Source: Tubulanus polymorphus
Taxonomy: Eukaryota; Animalia; Nemertea
NCBI RefSeq assembly: GCF_964204645.1
Contig: NC_134035.1
Coordinates: forward strand, 5,518,001-5,582,000
Reading direction: 5' to 3'
DNA: 64,000 nt
How positions within the stretch are numbered: position 1 is the first letter of the stretch; each line of letters opens with the position of its first letter. The position numbers and the translations under genes were made by a program. The notes beneath the pieces were generated by a model that saw only the letters and a program-made list of their open reading frames with translations, had not been told where the DNA came from and did not search any database. Positions 11,661-22,730 of the stretch are shown here, piece by piece.

Positions 11661-12153
11661 GTTACAGCAAACTCAAATACAATAGACCCCTGGCACTCCT
11701 CTTAACTTAATTTGTGGCCAGTGATTTGTATTTGAGTTTTGAGTAAACTAATTGATGTTCTATTGTTGCAAAAGTTCTAAAATTTCTATTCAAGTTAAAT
11801 ATGGTAACTCGATATTAACAGATTTGAGTTAAGATGATTTCGAATTTTGAAATGTAAAACCGACTTGTAAACCGCTTGTAACCGGTTCAATCGTCCGAGA
11901 CATCTATGGACAGCGCCGTAGTTCAATCATACACGTTCAATCGGTTGTTGAATTCAAAACATATTTGAATGTTAGGGGCTACCTCAATAGACCACCTTTC
12001 AAAAATGGTTGAAAAACAACATAATTCGTAAATTAGAACGTTTATATTTCTTTTTTGTAAAGAATCATTTTGTATATTAGTTGGAATGAAAGCAAAATCG
12101 TGTACAGTCGTCAAAGACTAGAACAGTAAATATATCTCAAAATAGCAAGAGTA

Positions 12154-15150
12154 CCGAGCAGTTTTAGAGCATTTTTTTCTGGTTACAGTGTTAGTGGTCG
12201 TAGTTGAATGCACTATTTTAGAGAATAAACTTTTATTTGATTGAAATTCTTCCTTTGGCATGTGAGCCTACCGCTTACCGGATGCTAATACATTCCGCTG
12301 ACAAAAGAGTTCTATCAAAAACGGTTTGAAATTCGTTTTAAAAGGACGATTCCTTCCAAAAACCTTCAACGATAGTAGAATTATGCATATACAATGGAAT
12401 CGTATTAGATAATGAACGAAATTCGGCCAAATAAATATCTTCATTACTCGCATGCCATAGTAAGATAGTGAGGCTGTGTTAGATATCTACCGTACAGTGC
12501 TGCCCCTATGAATAACGATAGCGGAATTTCTGTGAACTAAAATAGTGGCGCATATTTACCGCAGGAATTTAAATGTCCTTATTTCGTACAATATGGACCA
12601 GTGTGGCGCCTAATTCTGATTGAATATGACACTATGAAAACGTTCTGAATTTTGTATGATATCTCCTTATTTTTTAGGTAACATATTTAATTCTTTTTAG
12701 CTAAAATTCACTTACTTATCAATTAATGTAGTATTTTTATACAGAATAACTTATTCATTTACATTTTTGAATGATAATTTATCATCTGAATTGACAAAAT
12801 GTCAATATTTTTCCTTCGATATATTCTAGTTGCCCGCAAATAATCAGGGAACATACAAACACATGTCGCTCTCTTCCCGACCATACTAGAAATACCCCGT
12901 TTCAAATTTAATCTTTCAAGGCTTATTCTTTTATAGAAAAATTGTTTGGTTCAAACGTTTCAGAGCAGTTTTCAGAGTTTGAGAATTTTCCTCGGAATCC
13001 GGCCCGCAAATCGGTAATTAGTTAGTCCACTACGGCCGTTCGAAGACTCAGGCAAGCGAGTATAATGTTAGTTCACGTTTTCCACGCTATCGTTATACAT
13101 AGGGGCAGCACTAGACGGTCGAATAAATTTGAACTTGAACTTGAACTTGAGATTGAATTGATCGCGCTATTTTACTGTGGAGCGGGCTCAATTCAATCGC
13201 TAATTCTTTATTTACAGTGAACTATTCCCTCAATTGATAAAGACTTTAAAGCCATGATGATTTTAAATGTACGAATTTTGATATTGGGCAAAAAGATAAG
13301 AATTCATGATATTTCATGTCCTCAGGGATGCACAGGGGGACCTCCTCACTCCGGTTTACTTCGCAGACACGTCACGACACTAGTGAGGCCGGCCCGGACC
13401 CTGACTCGACCAGTTGTAAGTTACAATGCCAAAGACTTTCTCCCACTGCCACAGGCTGGGCTCTTGTGTAAAACGAGAATCTGTTAATCCAGTGTGACTG
13501 AAAACTGCTGAAAACTTTTGCTGAAGACTTTACTATGTCAGGGTAATTGTACTGTTTTGCTTCCCTTTTCACCCATCCTCCTTCCTCCAACCTCTCACCT
13601 CATCCTCCCCCAACCTCATCACCCCATTGTCCGCAACCTCTCATCCCATCCTCCCCCAACCTCTCAGTCAGTCTCCCTGTTAATGTGATATCAATTTTAG
13701 TAGGCCTATTTCAGGTTTTCCTCTGTCGTGTAAACTTCATCACGAATACTGGACGTGGTGGACTTCAACTGAAATTTATCACAGTTTTACTTCTTCCGTC
13801 AACTTCTTCCGGACTACTAGTGAACTAACCAAACTATATGTGAACTAACTGGACTATTTAGTCAACTAACCGGCTTATAAGTGGATTGATACTCATAAAA
13901 ATACAGTCAGTGGTGGACTCCAGGAGGTGTGGAACTCTGTATGTGGATTTGTGGAACTCGGTGGACTACCATTACTGCTAGACAAGGGCTAGTGAGTGTG
14001 TGAGTAGAATTTCTTATAAGTTTCCATACAATTATGAGAAAGCAGTTTATCTGTAAACACTGTTTACTGCATTTCATAAGAATTGTCAATGTGGTTATTT
14101 GAAGCAGCCTGTAATTGTGTTGCAGGAATTATAATACAGGGTTTTAGTGAGAGCATCAATTTATACCTTAAAATTAATTGAATATTTGATATTGAATAAA
14201 ATTCGTTTTTGGGCCGAATTTCCCAGGCAAATTTCATCAAAATTTGTGACGAAATTAAGGGGGTCAAAACACGAAATCCTGAATAACTCATTTTAGGTGC
14301 CTCGGATCCAAACTCGAACCTCATATTTGTAATCAGCACCCCAAAAAACATGTTTGCACAAAATTTCATTAAAATTGGGCCAAAAAAAAATTTCGACTTT
14401 GTACCCCATTTTTGGGGTGCATATTTTGGGCATTAAAACCCTTATTTGCTCATGAAGATGAAATCCGATTCGAAATCTGATTGCGGATCTGGAATCTACA
14501 CCTCAGAATACATATTCCTACCAAATTTCGAAGGAATCGGAGAATAAAAACTTTTCGCCGAAAAAAAACTCCTGGACTTACACCTTAGATTTTTGCCATT
14601 TTTGGCAAAAAAATCGAATCTCTTCGATTTGCTTGAAATTTTAGTCCTTTATATTTTCAGGGGTGCTGATTCCAAATCTGCAATCAGAATATCTCGAATA
14701 TCTCAAAAACTCTTGGGTCCAAGGCCTTTTGAAAATTCAGGGGGGTCCTCCAAAAAATTCGAATTTCTCATTTTCTGGGCCTCGGATCCAGAAAATTCGT
14801 TCAGATTTGTGATCAGCACCCCTCTAAGCGGAATTTCATCAAAATCGGACACAAAAAATATTTGATCCCGTGACACTCATTTTGGGGAGTAGCCTACCTT
14901 AGATTGCCATTTCTCTGATACACCGGTAACTAGACTTAACTCTTACACTGTGTATAACTGATTGGTGGCCTCAAATCTATTAAGTTTCATTTATATCTTT
15001 TAGAATGTTTGTGATCATTAGGATGGAATTATTGACTTTTTGAGTTTGATGATCAGGATCAGATGAACTGGATAAATATGTGTGGGCAGTGTTAGAACTC
15101 ACCGGGAGGATAAACAAACAAACGAAGAAATATTGGGAGAACTTGACTTC
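12154..15150. repeat. Tandem segmental duplication, unit A (~3.0 kb composite repeat)
   Basis: Colinear with 15185-18814 from ccgagca..ttctggttacagtg to ggagaacttgacttc. Confidence 0.95.
12489..13119. mobile_element. MITE inside unit A (duplicate at 15508-16137)
   Basis: ~35-bp imperfect TIR accgtacagtgctgcccctatgaataacgatagcg / cgctatcgttatacataggggcagcactagacggt. Confidence 0.7.
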
Positions 15151-16799
15151 AAATTTACTCTTAAGCATTATTCTTTAATAGTTTCCGAGCATTATTTCTG
15201 GTTACAGTGTGTGTGGTAGTTGAATGCACTATTTTAGAGTATAAAATTTAATTTGCTTGAAATTCTTCCTTTGGCATGTGAGCCTACCGCTTTACCGGAT
15301 GCTAATACATTCCGCAGACAAAAGAGTTATATCAAAAACGGTTTGAAATTCGTTTTAAAAAGATGATCCCCTTCAAAATACCTTTAACGATAGTAGAATT
15401 ATTCATATACAATGGAATCGTATTAGATAATCAACGAAATTCGGCTAAGAAAAATATCTGTATTGCTCGCATGCCACAGTAAGATAGCGAGGCTGAGTTA
15501 GATATTTACCGTACAGTGCTGCCCCTATGAATAAGGATAGTGGAATTTCTGTGAACTAAAATAGTAGCGCATATTTACCGCCGGAATTTAAATGTCCTTA
15601 TTACGTACAATACTGACTAGTGTGTCATCTAATTCTGACTAAATATGATACTATGAATACTTTCTGAATTTTGTATGATATTTCCTTATTTTTTAGGTAA
15701 CATATTTAATTCTTTTTAGCTAAAATTTACTTAATTATCCATTAATGTAGTATTTGTATACAGAATAAATTATTCATTTTCATTTTTTTAATGATAATTT
15801 ATCATCAGAATTGACAAAATGTCCATATTTTTCTTTCAATGTATTCTATTTGCGCGCAAATAAACAGGGAACATACAAACACCTGTCGCTCTCTCCCAGA
15901 CCATACTAGAAATACCCCGATTCAAATTAACAATTAAGGCTCATTCTTTTATAGAAAAATTGTTTGGTTCGAACGTTTCAGAGCAGTTTTCAGAGTTTGA
16001 GAATTTTCCTCGGAATACGGCCCGCCAATCGGTAATTAGTTCGTCCACTCCTGCCGTTCGAAGACTCTGGCAAGCGAGTATTATGTTAGTTCACATTTTC
16101 CACGCTATCGTTATACATAGCGGCAGCACTAGATGGTCGAGATTGAATTGATCGCGCTATTTTACTGTGGAGCGGGCTCAATTCAATCGCTTAATCTTTA
16201 TTTACAGTGAACTATTTCCTCAATTGATAAAGACTTTAAAGCCGCGTTGATTCTAAATGTACGAATTTTGATATTGGTAAAAAAGATAAGAATTCATTCA
16301 TGATATTTCGTTTTCATGTCCTCAGGTACACACACTTTAGGGGGACCTCACTCCAGTGACTTCGCAGACACTTCACGACAGTCAGTAAATGAGGCCGGGA
16401 CCTACTCAAATTTAGTCTGAATCAGTCAGTCGTTGTTACTACGGGTTCTGGGTTGTTTAGGGAACGACGGCTAGGTACTAGACTAACCGGAACCTCACTC
16501 GGTGTCAATAACCACTTCTAGCCTGCACGGGCCGCACTACCCTAGCCGCTTGCATTGCACATGGTGCAGGCGAAAGTTTCACAAATCTTGATGAACTGTT
16601 CTTCAACTTCCTGCGGCACCACATCTTGTTCAGCAAGTTAAGACCAGCTAACTCGACCAGTTAGTTACACCAGCTTTCTCCCACTGCCACAGGCTGGGCT
16701 CTTGTGTAAAACGAGAATCTGTTAATCCAGTGCTGTACTGAAAACTGCTGAAAACTTTTGCTTTAGCCTGAGTAATTGTGCTTTGTGTTTTGCTTCCCT

Positions 16800-17281
16800 T
16801 TTCACCCATCCTCCCCCAACCTCTCACCTCACCCTCCCTCAACCTCTCAACCCACCCTCCCCAACCTCTCGCCCCATTCTCCCTCAACTTCTCACCCCAT
16901 CCTCCCTCAACCTCTCATCCCATCCTCCCCAACCTCTCATCCCATCCTCCCCCAACCTCTCTCCCCATACTCCCTCAACCTCTCACCCCATCCTCCCCCA
17001 ACCTCTCATTCCATACTCCCTCATCCTCTCACCCCATCCTCCCCAACCTCTCACCCCATCCTCCCCAACCTCTCATCCCATACTCCCTCATCCTCTCACC
17101 CCATCCTCTCCCAACCTCTCATCCCATACTCCCTCATCCTCTCACCCCATCCTCCCCCAACCTCTCATCCCATTGTCCCTCAACCTCTCATCCCATCCTC
17201 CCTCAACCTCTCACCTCATCCTCCCCCAACCTCATCACCCCATTGTCCGCAACCTCTCATCCCATCCTCCCCAACCTCTCA
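16800..17281. repeat. C-rich ~22-bp minisatellite (CCCATCCTCCCCCAACCTCTCA-like)
   Basis: ~480 bp here versus ~95 bp at the paralogous site 13570-13665; produces the spurious Pro-rich ORFs in all three frames. Confidence 0.9.
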
Positions 17282-17419
17282 GTCAGTCTCCCTGTTAATG
17301 TGATTTCAATTTTATATTTAAGGTTTTCTTCGGGCTGTCGTGTAAACTTCATCACAAATACTGGACGTGGTGGACTTCTGAAATTCATCACAGTTTTATT
17401 TCTTCAGTCAACTTCTTCC

Positions 17420-17540
17420 GGACTACTAGCGAACTAACTGGACTACTAGTCAACTAACCGGACTATTAGTGAACTAACTGGACTATATGTGAACTAATTA
17501 GACTATATGTGAACTAACTGGACTATTTAATCAACTTACC
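17420..17540. repeat. 20-bp tandem repeat (GGACTATATGTGAACTAACT)
   Basis: About 6 copies versus about 3 at 13810-13870. Confidence 0.85.
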
Positions 17541-19214
17541 GCACTATTAGTGGATTGATACTCATAAAAATACAGTCAGTGGTGGACTCCAGGAGGTGTG
17601 GAACTCTGTATGTGGATTTTTGGAACTCGGTGGACTACCATTACTGCTAGACAAGGGCTAGTGAGTGTGTGAGTAGAATTTCTTATAAGTTTCCATACAA
17701 TTATGAGAAAGCAGTTTATCTGTAAACACTGCACTGTTTACTGCATTTCATAAGAATTGTCAATGTGGTTATTTGAAGCAGCCTGTAATTGTGTTGCAGG
17801 AATTATAATACAGGGTTTTAGTGAGAGCATCAATTTATACCTTAAAATTAATTGAATATTTGATATTGAATAAAATTCGTTTTTGGGCCGAATTTCCCAG
17901 GCAAATTTCATCAAAATTTGTGACATAATTAAGGGGGTCAAAACACGAAATCCTGAATAACTCATTTTAGGTGCCTTAGATCCAAAATCTAACCTTATAT
18001 TTGTAATCAGCACCCCAAAAAACATGTCTGCACAAAATTTCATTAAAATTGGGGCAAAAAAAAATTTCGACTTAGTACCCCATTTATGGGGTGCATATTT
18101 TGGGCATTAAAACCCTTATTTGCCCATGAAGATGAATTCCGATTCAAAATCTGATTGCGGATCCGGAATCTACACCTCAGAATACATATTCCAACGAATT
18201 TTAGAAGGAATCAGAGAAAAAACATTTTTCGCCGAAAAAAAACTCCTGGACCTTAGATTTTTGCCATTTTTGGTCAAAAAATCGAATCTCTTCGATTTGC
18301 TTGAAATTTTAGTCCTTTATATTTTCAGGGGTGCTGATTCCAGATCTGCAATCAGATTTGGAATATCTCGAAAACTCTGGGGTCCAAGGCCTTTTGAAAA
18401 TTCAGGGGGTCCCCCCAAAAATTCGAATTTCTCATTTTCTGGGACTCAGATCCGTTAAATTCATTCAAATTTGTGATCAGCACCCAAGAATACATGTCTA
18501 TACTGCATTTCATTAAAATCGGAGACAAAAAATATTTAACCCCTGACACTCATTTTGTAGTAGCCTACATTTCTCTGATACACCAGTAACTAGACTTAAC
18601 TCTTACACTGTGTATAACTGATTGGTGGCCTCAAATCTATTAAGTTTCGTTTTTCTCTTTTAGGATGTTTCTCATCATTAGGATGGAATTATTGACGTTT
18701 GTGTTTGATGATCAGGACTACATCAGGTGAACTGGATAAATATGTGTGGGCAGCGTTAGAACTCACCGGGAGGATAAACAAACAAACGAACAAATATTGG
18801 GAGAACTTGACTTCAGTTATAGTGAACTTTATGTCCACGAGGACTAACTATGTGATGACTTTGATGCTGATGGGATAAATATCTGTTTGAACTAAAAACT
18901 GTAAAACTAAAACTACTGACGGCATCTAGAATCTGCCGGATAGAAAACAAACGACGAACATGAAGTTCAGGTGATATGCCATCCCATCCTTTCTATCATC
19001 TCTCCCATCCTATCCTCTGTCTCTCTCTATCATCTCTCATCTCTCACTCTCATAGCCTATCTCACTCTCTCAATCTCATCTCTGGACTTTCTCCATCATC
19101 TACCGGGTTGTGATAGGAACTAGTTCCGTCTCGCCCGGTAGATGGCGTTATTTTTTCGATAAAATTTGCTTAAGTAATGGATAAATAGGAGTTCCTCTGC
19201 CGGCTGTCCAGTAC

Positions 19215-19280
19215 GTCCCTATAGCGTAGTGGGTAGGGTGCTGAACTGCTAGGCGAGTGGTTGGTGGTTCAAATCCCATA
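19215..19280 (+). pseudogene. tRNA-derived sequence (pseudo-tRNA or SINE head, GCT anticodon-like loop)
   Basis: A box TAGCGTAGTGG, B box GGTTCAAATCC, loop CTGCTAG; acceptor and anticodon stems do not pair properly. Confidence 0.6.
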
Positions 19281-19624
19281 ATTGTATTTGTTGTTGATGA
19301 TTAAATAAAATGTTGAATTTATTTTGATCGTTTCAATAAAATGTTGAATTTTACTTTTGCAAACAAGCTGTAACAAATTCCTACTTTGAATTTGGAATAA
19401 ATCCTTTAATTTGTACTTTGCGTTTGTCCTTTCCTTTTTATCTTTGTCCTTTCCTTGAACGGAAGCGGAAGAGTTTCCGGGGCAAGTGACGAGTATGAAG
19501 TTGTGAGAGGGAAGAGTCCTTTTCCGGGGGCAAAGTGCCCGAGAGATTTTATTAAAGAGAGCATTTTATATATGTACGTTTATTTATTTACGTTACTTTT
19601 TATAACGTTACTTTTTATAAAATG

Positions 19625-20381
19625 AGTCTGTGTCTCGAGGTTTGGAGATGGTGCTGTACTCGGGAGTAGAGTCTGCGTCTCGAGGTTTGAAGATGGTACT
19701 GTACTCGGGAGTAGAGTCTGCGTCTCGAGGTTTGAAGATGGTGCTGTACTCGGGAGTAGTCTGCGTCTCGAGGTTTGAAGATGGTACTGTACTCGGGAGT
19801 AGAGTCTGCGTCTCTCGAGGTTTGAAGATGGTACAGTAGTCGGAGTAGAGTCTGCGTCTCGAGGTTTAAAGATGGTGCTGTCTTTGGGAGTAGTCTGCGT
19901 CTCGAGGTTTGGAGATGGTGCTGTACTCGGGAGTAGAGTCTGCGTCTCGAGGTTTGAAGATGGTGCTGTACTCGGGAGTAGAGTCTGCGTCTCGAGGTTT
20001 GAAGATGGTGCTTTACTCGGGAGTAGAGTCTGCGTCTCTCGAGGTTTGAAGATGGTGCTGTACTCGGGAGTAGAGTCTGCGTCTCGAGGTTTGAAGATGG
20101 TACTGTAGTCGGAGTAGAGTCTGCGTCTCGAGGTTTGAAGATGGTGCTGTACTCGGGAGTAGAGTCTGCGTCTCTCGAGGTTTGAAGATGGTACTGTACT
20201 CGGGAGTAGAGTCTGCGTCTCTCGAGGTTTGAAGATGGTACTGTACTCGGGAGTAGAGGCTGCGTCTCGAGGTTTGAAGATGGTGCTGTACTCGGGAGTA
20301 GAGTCTGCGTCTCTCGAGGTTTGAAGATGGTACTGTAGTCGGAGTAGAGTCTGCGTCTCGAGGTTTGAAGATGTTGCTGTA
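19625..20381. repeat. 45-bp minisatellite, ~17 copies
   Basis: Unit GTACTCGGGAGTAGAGTCTGCGTCTCGAGGTTTGAAGATGGTGCT with 41-, 42- and 47-bp variants; no spacers. Confidence 0.95.
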
Positions 20382-21059
20382 ACTCAAATATTGCCGGCTG
20401 AAAAACAAATCGTATAATCGTCAAGCTTATTTGTGTCAAGAAGAAGATTGAATATGCAAAATGTACGGATGGGTGCAGTTTAATATAATTACCTTATCGT
20501 TGATGTAAAGATACCGAAACAGCAAAATGTGAGTTGATGCAGTTCCCAATGCCGCTGCTGCAGCAGCAGCAGCAGCAGCCTAGTTCAGGACGTTGCGACA
20601 AACGAATTGTCTGTGCATGTAGTTGTCAGTAGTAGCGAACTGGTTTCGGTTTAACCCTAAAAAGACACAATATTCATAATGTATAAATGTGTGTGAAATA
20701 GAACATCGGAAATCAGCAACAACGGCAACTCGTCTTCAGCAAATTAGCCGTCATCTGTTTGTAGTTGAAATCCGTCATCAACATTAGTAGCAACACCAGT
20801 AACAACAGCAGCAGCAGCAGCATCGGGATCTCCGCGATCATCAGCACAAACAGCCGCCAGTCTCATCTAGCGTTCTCAATCGCTAGGCGTCACAAATTCC
20901 TTCACGTTCTCCTAACATCATCAGCCGCATATTAGTAGGTTGTTCGCTTGAAGCCACACTTTCTTCACGCCTTGTTGCAGAGCTCTTATAGGTCGACCTT
21001 CATCACTGGACATCAGTTCTCGGACTGGCTTCGGGCGGCTCGAACCGCGCTTCTAATAC

Positions 21060-21120
21060 CTACGTCAACCAATCAGCGACGGTGCATCATCGATGCGACC
21101 GGATTGGATCAATCAGAAAG
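21060..21120. promoter_or_regulatory. CCAAT-box cluster in a CpG-rich segment (candidate promoter)
   Basis: AACCAATCAGC, GGATTGG and ATCAATCAG within ~50 bp. Confidence 0.4.
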
Positions 21121-21751
21121 CTCGATCGCGCATTCCTGTGACAGACCCGAGTCCGTGACGCTAATCCGCAAGAACCATTCAATTCGTGCCAAACATTTTC
21201 AATGGGGCCTACAGGTCATCGAGTTTAATTCGACTATTCATAGAGGCACACATTGTTTGAGATAGAAATATCGAATGCTACGATTTTAGCCTAAAATTGT
21301 ATGCTGAAATTTTATCTAATGGGTTAGATAAACTCAAAAAAACTTTAGTGTAGATTTCCCTTCTATTTAAGTCTGGTTTTGAACTGTAATACCGGCTCAA
21401 TTTTACTTTTTTCGAGTTTTGCTTATATTGAAGTTTGCTTAAGGGTTTGTGCAGTCACGCGGCACTATTGTGTAGTAGAGCGTATATGGCAGGTCTCCAG
21501 AGAGTGATAGAGTCGTTTTGAATCCGAATTTATACACAAGTTCACCAGACATCGCCGCGTACACATCTTCTTTAACCGAAATCTGGTGAAGTTAAAAAAT
21601 AATCAAAGTTTTATCATCAGTTGAGAAAGAACTGTGATTGATCACAGCGGGCGCTGCTTGCACCGAATAGTCGCTTGGATTTCTTCAGTTCGAGGAATTG
21701 AATAAATATAAAAATTTCCTTCACTAAACTTAAAATAACAAACTAATATTG

Positions 21752-22034
21752 TAAAAAAGGCCAAGGTCCCTGGGGGAATTACTCCGCAGCCTGGACCGGT
21801 ATTGTGGGATAAATAAATAATTCAGCCAGAAACGACTGAATTAAACATAATTTACCCCACACCAGTTATTTTGTAGGACTCACGCATTAGCAACCTCATT
21901 CCAGGGAGGACAGTACTCTCGACTCGCCCGCTTACCGGAGATCATTTGCCACATCCTGACCCGCCTCCTCCGAGACTCGAACCTGGGCCACAGCGGTGAC
22001 ACGCAAGTCGCCTACCGACTACGCCATCCGGTCC
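21752..22034 (-). mobile_element. tRNA(Asp-like)-derived SINE
   Basis: Minus strand: GGACCGGA-TGGCGTAGTCGG (A box)...GTGTCAC...GGTTCGAGTC (B box), then a ~210-nt non-tRNA body ending GGCTGCGGAGTAAATTCCCCCAGGGA. Confidence 0.8.
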
Positions 22035-22253
22035 GCCCGATTGTGAGAGGAAAACATTCGAACATATTCCACGGCCATTCACATTCCATGACAACCATGA
22101 CGTCACAATGGTCAACGCCGTGACGATGTCGACTCTAACTGAAATCGTCCGTTTCTGACCAAACTTGAATTTCGCAGCTACGGTACCACTGGGAATTCAC
22201 ACAATGCTTTCTTTGAAAAAAAAACTTCATGCTCATTTATTCAACTTTTTAAG

Positions 22254-22730
22254 ACGCTTAAAATCTCGACGATAAATATAATTCAAATGTAATTTAAACA
22301 CGAACACGAAATCAGGATTGCTCTATGCCTCACGCCCGGGACGGAGGAGCACCAGCAGCGACGGACTAAACAAAACAGAAAGTCATCTCTGACCAAACGA
22401 TATAAGGCTGGTTGTCCTATCATTCACGATGATGATGGCTACGACAGTTTACCACCAGTACAAAACATAGAATTTCCTGAGTTTGATTTAGATGTAGACA
22501 GTTTACCAACTGTTGATACAAACACTCATTATGACGCCCACGGATCCAATATCGATATAGACAGCCTACCAAATTTCGATACGCGGGATGAGTGTAGCGA
22601 TGCCATCAGGTTCGAATCCCTACCTGGGGAGGATGGGTTGATTATAGTTTTCTCTGTTAACTGAATGAATGGTTCGGCCCTGTTTGACCTCAGCGACGAG
22701 TCGGCAACAGAGAGCAGCATCAGAAGATAG
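22254..22730 (+). pseudogene. Acidic DSLP-repeat reading frame (exon-like, two in-frame stops)
   Basis: Acceptor TTTTTAAG at 22253; 123 open codons 22293-22661 with three DSLP and one ESLP; frame continues 21 codons after TGA; AATAAA at 22783. Confidence 0.45.

Larger units (their letters stand above)
15185..18814. repeat. Tandem segmental duplication, unit B (~3.6 kb)
   Basis: Same order of blocks as unit A, plus a ~250-bp extra segment (16405-16650), an expanded C-rich repeat and an expanded 20-bp repeat. Confidence 0.95.

Noticed and set aside
14064-14369. 101-aa ORF conserved in both duplicated units (also 17738-18043)
   Set aside because: Conservation reflects the recent duplication; it overlaps a non-coding TE repeat block and shows no recognisable domain.
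16776-17437. Pro/Ser/His-rich ORFs in three frames
   Set aside because: By-product of a stop-poor C-rich repeat; length differs about five-fold from the paralogue.
19215-19280. Functional tRNA-Ser(GCT)
   Set aside because: Acceptor and anticodon stems do not pair and the long variable arm is missing.
19625-20381. CRISPR-like array
   Set aside because: Units are contiguous with no unique spacers, there are no cas genes and the context is eukaryotic; it is a minisatellite.
22605-22622. B-box GGTTCGAATCC as a SINE or tRNA
   Set aside because: No A box or cloverleaf upstream; it falls within the DSLP reading frame.
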